Shown here: positions 38,401 to 47,956 of the stretch, one piece after another | How the letters are laid out: each line of letters opens with the position of its first letter | How positions within the stretch are numbered: position 1 is the stretch's first letter | Assembly (NCBI RefSeq): GCF_018350175.1 | Contig: NC_058368.1 | Coordinates: forward strand, 167,588,001-167,652,000 | Source of the DNA: Felis catus | Taxonomy: Eukaryota | Length of the DNA stretch: 64,000 nucleotides | Direction: 5' to 3' | Made by a program: the position numbers and the translations under genes | The notes under the pieces: model-generated | What the model was told of the DNA's origin: nothing | Database searches by the model: none | The model's input: only the letters and a program-made list of their open reading frames with translations

Positions 38401-41277
38401 AAACATGGTACAGCCCAACATTTAACGTTAAAATATATCTGGGCTTAAAATGTATTATTACTAAATTAAACCATCCTTTTTTTTCAACTAAACATAAGAA
38501 GATAACATTTTAAAGAGCTCACAAAAAACTTGATAGAGCTTTAAATGTAGAGCCCTACCAAAATTATTATCAAGTGGTTTAGTCCTTTTCTATCGTCCAT
38601 ATTCATTTCCAGACCATTTTCATGAAAGAAATAAAATCGGTCTTAAAACAAGATGGCTGCTTCTAAGAAGAAAAAAAAAAAAAAAAAAAAAAACCCGCTG
38701 ATTTAACTGAAAGCCAAAAACCTAGCCTTTCTAAATCAGGGAACAAAAACTTAGTTACATTTTTTTCTACTCTCCAAACATGTATTCACACATTTCCACA
38801 TGGACACCTATAGATTACACTGTGCAGTTATTTAAAATTATTAATAGCAATTTTTAAAAAAGGTTTAATTTTTGTGTGCCAATTACATAACTGTCCAAAG
38901 CATAAACACAGAGGTATCACATGACCAAAATTCCCACTTATACTTCATAGCAGAATCATGATCATCAGTCATGGAAATCAGGTCACTTGATAAGTAATGA
39001 CAGGAATAATAGTGATGTATTTTTACATCTCTTAAAGAATGCCATCCCAAAATGTCTGGTGATATCCTGCTATAAACACAATAACTGTATGGTACTTTTC
39101 AAAGTAAATACCCTAGGAACTTAGTTGTTAGGAGTCTCTCCTTGAATCGTACTTTGCTGACCTTCCCTGAAGCAAATGGCAGATTAATTCTATGACATAC
39201 ATTATAAATATTAAAAGCATCCTCTTACATTTTGAAATAATTTTTAAATAGATTTTCTTAAAAATCACTCAAAACTATTTTTATTTCTCACTTGAGTGGA
39301 AAATAAGACCTGACAGTAACATTTTCTTCCACCTGTCAACTGTCAATTGTATGAAGGATGTTTCTAAAGATGACAAAGGTTTATTTTTCCTTATTGAAAA
39401 TGATAGAATTCTACCTCAATGAAAGCTGAGGTAACCATCACTGTGGTACACTCTGTCTCTCAGCAACTAGCTAACTTAAGTAGGAGTTTCCACTACCTTA
39501 AAATAATGTTTTTATTGAAATCTTTGGCTGTTGGAAAACTATACTCAGAAGCCTCAAAACCAAGAGTTTATATCCACACACATTTCAGATTGCAAAAGAG
39601 TGCACAGGTTTCAGTAGTTTCCAATAAATCCTTCAAAGGACAACAAGGAGTATAGATTATCAAGGATACTAAGATACAGGGAACTTTTTTTTCATTCACC
39701 ATCAAACTATGCATAATAATTATAGTACCAAAAAACCCCACATTATTACTTCCATATTTTGAACTAAGTGATTCTCTTGTCTTTGCACTGCCTTGTTTAT
39801 GACTGACTAAAGTTTGAAGACATAAATGCAGACAAATTTAAGAGGAAATAGATCTTCTAGTTGTGAGTAATATCCCATTCAGAAATACTGGAAGTTCAAA
39901 TTAATCACAAGAAACTTTTCTACCAAACAGCTCAGGATATAGGTTGAGAAGCAAATGAAAATATAAATCTAATAATATAAATCAGGTCTTTAAAAGAGAC
40001 AGTAATGTATGGATGTTTAGCTGTCTAAGACCACCATCATAAGACAAATTACTAAAACTGAATATTAACACCTCATTTCTTATATTACTCTTAGAGGTTT
40101 TTATACCTGAACATGAAGGTGTTATCCTTCAAATGATCAAAAGGCAATTTTTTCTCAGTTCGGAAGACTTATCCTGTCTGAATATCCTGGGTAAGTGGTA
40201 GGGGCCTTCCTCACTGTACTTAGGGACATACAGTCTTCCTTTTCAACAAGAATATTTCTGATCAAAGCTGCCATATTAATAGTTTGTATACTGTTTCTGA
40301 AAAGAATATTGATAATGTGGAGTCTGTCAACACAGACTGGTTCATTACTAAAAATAAATATAGATTTTAAAATCCTTTTTGCTACTGAAAGTTATTCAGA
40401 ACAAATGCAAAAACGAAAAGTCTTGAATGGCATCTTTTTAAAAAGCAAATCATTTATATTGGGAAAAAAACCCACTAAACAATAGATAAATGCTACCCAC
40501 ATATATAATTCTGTTCTTAACATTTCTTATGTTTTGTTCATTTTATATTTTAATGTATTCTCTTTCTCAGAGTTACATTCTTTTAGCATATACTTCTCCC
40601 CAGCTTGTGAAGGCCAGGACTCCTGAAGGACTAATTGTATTCATTCATTTTCTTGGCCCAGCATGAAGCTGGTAGCTTGCTTGGTTCATAGCAACAGGGG
40701 AGAAAAGAAGGCGCTCATCGTTATCTGTCCCTATCCAACAGGAAATCAGGCCAGTGGACAGAATGCAATGTAATGCCTGTTCAGAAGGCATCTTGCAAGA
40801 TTAAATGGCAAGAAATTCACAAGGTTAATTTGCCCCCAAACAACGAAGGGCTCCTTCCAAACCTGATCCTCCGCCTTCAAAGGTGGAAGCCTCCACAGCT
40901 AATGATTATCAGCCAGAACACACGTGGCAACAAGATATTCCTTCGGTGAGCCAATGGTTTAGTTAATACCACTAAAATCAACTAACAGGGAGTAATGAAC
41001 AACTGAAGGCTCTCTCTGGTTCTTTTAATCACAGGGAGTTTATTGACCTTGGTATCATGCTGGAAATGCCAAACTAGACTGTACAGCCAAGCGTGCCTCA
41101 AATAGCACTGATGTTCCAGTCACCTAAAAAACAAAAGACAGTTGACTATTTCTGAAAGCATATTTTGAATATATAACATAATGCATAAAATGGATAGAAC
41201 AATTGTCTCAATAGTTAATTTTGCTTTCAAACTCTTTTGGAAAAGTGGACAAAAACAAAAAGCATATTTGTCTTATA

Positions 41278-43025
41278 TTGAGCTTATTGAGTTTATTGAG
41301 TTTATTGTCTTATAATAATTTGTAAAGTAAAAAAAAAAAGGGGGGGGGGGAGAGGGAAAGGATTCACTTCAGGTCTCCTACAAATGGGTCAGAGTAAAAA
41401 CATGTGATATAAATCTCTGTCATACTGCTTCATTTTTATACAGATGTCCACATAAATTCTGATATAAATATAAAAATAATAAAATTACCCAATTACATCT
41501 AATAAAGTGATACACTACATTGAAGCTCAGAGTTAATAAAGTTAAAAGATTCTAAATAATATTTTACTTGAAGAACTTTTATGTTTCTAACATATAAAAT
41601 AGTATTTAAACATTTAAAATTTTGAAAATAAAGTTAATCCTTTACAAGTTTGGTGATAAAATTCATTCAAAACCAGGATCAACTTTCCATCTTTCCTCAA
41701 AACAAAAATCTTAGATTTAAATCAAACTGATTTCATTTATGTGTCGGTGGAAAAGGCACAGTGCTGGGACACTGGTCGACATATAATAAAACGTTGATGG
41801 CTCAGATTTTGAAAAATAAAACCAGTTTTATTTTGAAAGGCAAAGAAATAGCCAAGGGATTATGATTAGGAAATAAAATGTTACTAGCTCTCTCTACTTC
41901 GCTGCATACATATGATCTGTAAGCCAGAAAGGTTTTGGAGTACTGACAGAGAATTCACATCACTTTCACAACTCCAAGATTACACGTTAACAAAACTAAA
42001 TGGTGTCAATTACCTGCTACTCTAACATGAAATGTTTAATTTACAGGTCCCTACAAGAATTTTAAAAGTCCAAAGAAAACATGCGATTAGGTTAAAATCT
42101 AGTGTATCCCAGGTGAATTACAGAGATATTTTTTCCCATCAAAGTATAACACTTTAAACTGGTGATACTCAGAACCTAACAGAAGCAAAGCACTAAGTGA
42201 GGAGAATCAGTATTCTTAAAAGTATGCTGGTATTATTTCACTATTCCATCCATAAACGCCAACCAGTAGGAGACATGTTTAATTATCCTATCATCATTCT
42301 GGCAACTGGTCAAAAGAAACCAATAACTTTTCAATATACACACAATATTTAAAAGAATATTCTCACTGGAAGCACCAAACTGTTTATAGCACTCTTCAGA
42401 TTAAGAGGCATGTTCTTATATGGAGTCATCTCTATCTTTATAAGCGTAGCTGCTACAGGAGAATGTAAATAAAGTTTTATTACTGAAAGTCTCTTTAAAA
42501 GTTACTTAAAAGCTTTTTACATTCTTAAAGAAATTAAAGACAAATAGTTATATTCTCCATGATTTGGAATTTCATTACTCAAAGTTACTTAGTACCATGC
42601 TGATTCAGAATTCAGCATAACATTAACAGGATCACTCTATTACTCTCACTATTTAGGTGAAATGTAGACAACTTTCTAGATTTTTAAAATATGGACGATA
42701 CATTTAGGCAAATGTTATCATATATTTCTAATCAGATTGATAGTTCTCAGTGGCTATTTCAGAGATCTGTGCCAATTCAAAACATAAAATCAGTTTTTGG
42801 CCCACCACCCAATAAATACTAGCAACCAAAAAGTTATCAGCATTTGAAAATTGAATATCCCCTTTCCAGAAGCGAATACCTAGCATGATAGATTCTAACA
42901 GTAAGACTATCTGATCAAGCACTTTTAATATTTTTTTTCCTCTGTTAATCTAGATCTATGGATGCTTGTGGTAGCAATGGAGTCAATTACGAAAACAATA
43001 AACTCAATAAACTCAATAAGCTCAA
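41278..43025. repeat. Perfect 31-bp inverted repeat pair (41278-41308 / 42995-43025), 1686-bp spacer
   Basis: TTGAGCTTATTGAGTTTATTGAGTTTATTGT and its exact reverse complement ACAATAAACTCAATAAACTCAATAAGCTCAA. Confidence 0.95.
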
Positions 43026-46000
43026 AACAATAAACTCCTAGGATTACACAAGTTACAATATAAGATATTTAAACCCTGTGATCAAGATGTAATACTTAAT
43101 TTCTAATTGTATTTAAACATAATTTCAAATTTAAGTCCATTAGTATAAGCTACAATATATTTACTTCATTTTACCAAAGTATCCCTTATTATCAGCTTAA
43201 GTGTCTACCGAACTTTTCTTATCTAAGAAAAAAATATTTTTTAAATGTATGGAAGTTACAATTAAAGTTTTCAGCTTTTTTCCAAAGGATTAAATCTTCT
43301 GATCTTATTAGTTTAGCCAATCCTAAAAAAATAGGATTTGTATAAAATCAGAAGGCACGGCATGGTTACTTTCCAAAACGATAACATTATTATTGAAAAT
43401 AAATGTAAAATGTAAAATGAATTTATAAAATTTAGTAAACCCCTGCAAATTTTCTAAAATGTTTCTTCACTATCTTATGAGATAAACTGTGTTTATTTTA
43501 AGTTAGTTATTTTGCACTGGCTCTTTTTAAATTACATCCAAGCTGAATTATCTTAATACATCAAAAAAAAAAAAAAAAAAACACACAACACCATCTTCTT
43601 CAACATTTCCGAGGTAAGTCTGCCTATCAGTCCCTACTTTTACAATTATGTTATTTTTTAAAATAAGTTTTACTGTGACAACATATGAAGATAAATGTAC
43701 CCACAACCCCCTAAGAATGCTAAAGTTAGACATGAATCTCTTGGACAGGGGGTACATCATTCTTTCTTTTGAACATTATGAAAATGACAATGATCAAATA
43801 AAAAGGAATTTCCACAAGCCTCAAATTAGAGTACTGACTTGAGAATACCCTTGGTGTTTTAAAATTCTACAGATTAACTTTGTCTGGGCAGGTTCAAAGC
43901 CACCATGGCATCCTGAGCAGAGTTTTCTACAGGCAGGGCAAATCTATTAAAAAACATGACCTGTGACAAAAATCAATGTGCTAATCTCAAACCAAACAAC
44001 AGTATCAAAAGCATAAAACAGAGATAACCTAAGATAAAATGTCCTCAAACTAACTCAGACTAGCTTGACAGGTTAAGAAGGAGGAGTACGTGGGGGTGCT
44101 TCTGATTCCTTCTGTTTTAGCCTAGGATGACTGGAACACCCAAGTATCCAAATAAATTAACACTATGGGGAAAAGATCACACTGTGAAGTTTGGAGTGGG
44201 AAAGAAGACAACTAAGCACAAAATGCCCCACATTCAACTCACCAATTTCACTGCTGTTTTATTTAATAAGGCACTGAAGTTTAGAAATATAAATTCCTCT
44301 ATTTCATATATGCTGTTTAATAAAGCCCAGGGGGGAATAAAACCAACCAACATAATGAGACTTGCTTTTAACACCATCACAACTGGAAAGCTTGCTCTAT
44401 TTGTCTTGTCAGCTTTAATAAAAGGCATCTCCTCTGGCAGGATGGCTTCTCTTTCTTTTCCTAATAGTGGTAAGTGGCATGTCAAAGAAGAAATAGCTTC
44501 CCATCCCACCACCCACTTCCATGAGGCTTTTTTTTTTTTTTTTTTTAACCAAACTTTCAGGGATGTCTCCACTTCTGCCAGGCGGTTTAATTTAGGATTT
44601 GGGCTACCTGGGTGTAACTATCTTTCCTGAAGTAGCAGGAGGTGGGGGACTCTCGGCCACCGGTAGACCGCTTATGGGGAAATCTGCCCATCTTCATCTG
44701 AGCTGACATTACTTCAAGCGAGGAATCCCTCCCATGTCTGCATAAGGGGGGAAGGCGGGAGGCCGACGGACAAGGCCGCCGGGAGGTAGGAAGAACCGGA
44801 GGCGCCAGCCAGCCCCCTCTCCCCATGCGCGCTGGGCGCTCAGCAACCAAAAACTATCCCCTCGACCTCCCGCCTCTCTCCTCCCAACTTCCACTCCAGC
44901 CCAAGGGAAAACCTGGGATTTTAGGTGTAACCGATGCTATTTCCCTCTTAGACAGGCACCGAAACCAGCCCGCACCTGGAAGCTGGCCTCCGTCCCAGAA
45001 AGGCAGAGCATTATGGGCCCAGCGAGGCCGACTGCTGCCCACAGGCCGGGGAGAAAGTAGGGCTCGGAGCTGCTCTGGATCCGGAGAGGTTCGCCCGGCA
45101 CTCAGGACAGCCCTCACCCCTCCCCACTTCTAGAATCCCCGAGCAAGGGACGTCTGCTGGTGGCCAGGGTCCAGCAGGCGCGCTAGGGCGCGCCCGGGCG
45201 CCCACCTCTAGCCTCCCGCGTACCCGGCAGGCTTCGGGGATGCCCACAAAACGGTTCCAGGTAATTGCGCGTGTTCCTCCGGCTGCACACCGCCAGGCCG
45301 TGGACTAAGAGCTCCCACCTCCCGTCTCCGCCAACTCCAGCAGCTCGCTCCGCACAAATGACGTAACCCGGCATTAGATCAAACTTTCTGGCACCTTGAG
45401 CCCATGGGGGGTGAGGAGGTGGGAGAATCCTCTCCACTGCCAGGCGCGCCGGGCCAACAGTGGCCCAGGGGCCAGATGATTGCCTTGCAGTTAAAGAGGA
45501 AAATAAAAGCCTAAAGCTTCCGCTTCCCAACCCCCCTCTCATCCCCCAGCCCGTGCGCTCTCTGAACAAACCGAGAAAGGGAAGAAAAATTAAAAAAAAA
45601 AAAAACAAAAAAAAACTTTAGGGATGTTTGGAAGGTTCTGCCTGCAGTCCCCCTGTGCACCCACGATCCACGCGGGAACTCTTGGTGGCTCGTACCCGAA
45701 GCTCCCAGTGCCCAGGCGCTACGCCCGGATCGAGATGCTGGCCGGCTTGCCCCGGTGAGGAAGCGGAGAAGTCTCGACTCCCCAGCTCCCGCCTTTTCCG
45801 AGTCTCCCCGCGCTCTGCAGAGGCAGCGGGTCTGGGCAGCCCCGGGGACTCCCAGGGACTCCCGGCGTCTCTGAGGCAGCTTAACAAAGAGAGGCGCGAC
45901 GGGTGTGCTTCCTGTGGGCTCCTCGAAAGCCATCAGCGCCCGGGCGACGCAGGCTCCGAGAGTGCGCGCCGCCTGCAGCTGGTGCGCGCGGGTCCCCGCC

Positions 46001-46074
46001 GCCACCGCCGCTCTTCCGCAGGGCGCCGAGGCCCGAGTATCCCCGGCTCTGCGCTCCCCCTATTATTACCTTAC

Positions 46075-46199
46075 CTGGGGTTGCTGCTGTTCCAGTAGAC
46101 GGCGTAGCGGTCGGCGACGGCCTTGGAGCCTGGGTCCTGGCTGAACACACACATCCAGAGCACCAGAAACACCAGCGTCAACATCTCCACGTGCAACAT
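46075..46199 (-). CDS. EFNA5: Ephrin-A5 coding exon 1 (125 nt; signal peptide plus start of the ephrin receptor-binding domain). Downstream exons lie outside the window, to the left.
   Basis: Translation from the ATG at 46199 gives MLHVEMLTLVFLVLWMCVFSQDPGSKAVADRYAVYWNSSNP(R), which I recognise as the ephrin-A5 N-terminus: hydrophobic signal peptide, ephrin-A 'DRYAVYWNSSNP' motif and NSS sequon. It ends at a canonical donor CCCAG|GTAAGG (GT = 46074-46073), phase 2. Confidence 0.98.
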
Positions 46200-46520
46200 C
46201 ACGCCTGGCCAGCGGCGGAGCCCCCGACAAGCCACTCCGGGGAAAGAGCAGGGATCCGGAGGGAGGGAGGGAAGGGGAGAAAGAGAGCAGGAGCCAAATA
46301 AATATGAATAAATAAGAATGAAGAGTGGCGAGAAAAGAAAGAGGCGCACACCAAGCTGGGGAGGGGAAGGAGAACGAGAAGACGGTGGAGGTGGGGGGGA
46401 GGGTGGGGAAGGGGTAAAGACAAACTCGCACCCCCACTGGAGGGTTCAGGAGGAAAAAAGGAATCACAAGATGGAGAGAAGCATGCGTGTGTGGTGGCGG
46501 CGGCGAGGGCGGGGGAAGGG
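46200..46520 (-). other. EFNA5: EFNA5 5' UTR part of exon 1 (pyrimidine-rich in the mRNA; 5' boundary approximate)
   Basis: Contiguous with the ATG, C/T-rich on the minus strand, and abuts the GC-richest promoter core. The TSS cannot be fixed from sequence alone. Confidence 0.7.
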
Positions 46521-47685
46521 GTGCCAAGCTGTGTCTCAGCGGCGGCGGCAGGCCGGTCACCCCGGGAGAAGGAGGTGCGCGCCGGGCCGGGCGGCGGCAC
46601 CGCGGGTTGGGGCAGGCGGCGGCGCACGCTGCACAGTCACCGGGAGTTGCGCGCCGCGGCCGCGGGGAGACATACACTGGCCCGCCGGGCCCGGCTCAGT
46701 GTCGGCGGCGCGGGCTGCGCACGGCTCCGCCGCCGCCCAGGGCCCTCGCACTGCGCCCCGCTTCGCTCCAAGTTACTTTGGCGGCCGGTGAGAAACTGCA
46801 GGAGGAAGGCTCCGTGTGGATGGAGGGCTTCGCGCCTGTGGCCTTGGAGTGTGAGAAACCCCTTCCCCCTCCTTCTGTGTGCCTTAATCGGGAGACCCCT
46901 GGAAATCTCGGAGGAGTCGTAGGTGCTGCGGGTTCGGGGCGGTGCGCCGAGAAGGGTGGGGATTCGAAGCCACAAACCCAGCCCCGCCGGCGTCCTGGAA
47001 CTGGGTAAGCGGCAGCTAAGCTGGCGAGGAGCGGTCTTGCCTTGCAAACCTCGAAGAAAAGTTTAGCTCTTCGTGTCTTCCGGCAGGTCCCCCGGCGGAG
47101 TCGGACTGCGGCGGCGGGAGACGACACCCCGGGCACTGGCGGAGCCTCGGGGATTTCTCGCGCGTGCTTTTTTTTTGGCCGGGTGTGGGTGCACCAGAGT
47201 GAATGAAGAGCAGAGGTTACGAACCAGCCGGCCAGACGGAGCTGGGAAGCCCAAGCCTGCAGGACGACGCCAACCCAACTGTTAGGCTGGAGAGCGAGAG
47301 GGGAAAACAATCACTTTTAAATGAATCCCTCCAACTCCTGGATGGGCTGATGTCAGTCTCCGATCGCCTTCTGGGAGCAAGACTGAGCCCCCAGACGCCG
47401 TGCCAAGAGCCTCGGGTGAGCGCTCAGAAATGTCCCTGCGACTCCGACCGGTCCGGCCCCAAGCCCGACAACTTGTAGAGATGCATCAATCAGTTTGAAA
47501 TGGGAAAAGAGGAAGAAAAGAGAGATCGCAGGAGCGAGTGGCACCTCCCCGCTCACTACATCAGAAAACCTTCCTGATCCTCCTGCAGCTGCTCCTCTTT
47601 CCCTCCTTAGGCACAGCAGCAACAAGAGGTGAAAACCACCAACCGAATCCTAAAACCTCTACCAGGCGGGAAAATAAACTTGAGT

Positions 47686-47711
47686 GCAGCAGCAGCAGCA
47701 GCAGCAACAGC
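47686..47711 (+). repeat. (GCA)n trinucleotide tract
   Basis: gcagcagcagcagcagcagcaacagc. Confidence 0.9.
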
Positions 47712-47893
47712 ACGAACAGCCCGGGAGGGATTGAAATGACTGGCGAGAAGTGGAAAGAGGTAAAAGTCAGTTTTGCAAAAGAGAGAAAAAAAAAAAAGGA
47801 GAGAGAGAGAGAAAAAATGCTTTATGGGAAAAATCTTCTCGGGCACGCCCCCTCGTTAATGACCTGCGTGTAAAGCCGACAGCAGAGGCGACC

Positions 47894-47956
47894 CAGCCGC
47901 AGCAGCAGAAGCAGCAGCAGCAGCAGCAGCAGCCGCCGCCGCCGCCGCCGCCGCCG
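47894..47956 (+). repeat. Compound trinucleotide repeat CAG CCG (CAG)3 AAG (CAG)7 (CCG)8
   Basis: Read directly from the sequence. Confidence 0.95.

Larger units (their letters stand above)
1..46074 (-). other. EFNA5: EFNA5 intron 1 (proximal 46 kb; continues beyond the window start)
   Basis: Starts at the GTAAG donor. No ephrin exon-2-like peptide appears in the ORF track or on reading. EFNA5 is known to have a very long first intron. Confidence 0.92.

Noticed and set aside
38698..38739. Small hairpin CTGATTTA...TAAATCAG
   Set aside because: The stem is too short and AT-rich for a pre-miRNA or snoRNA call.
41278..43025. 1.7 kb TIR DNA transposon or CRISPR-like array
   Set aside because: No shared TSD outside the arms, no transposase ORF, no repeat-spacer periodicity, and the context is eukaryotic.
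46200..46349. 50-aa N-terminal extension shown in the ORF track for EFNA5
   Set aside because: It starts at GTG, and the recognised protein begins at ATG 46199 with a complete signal peptide.
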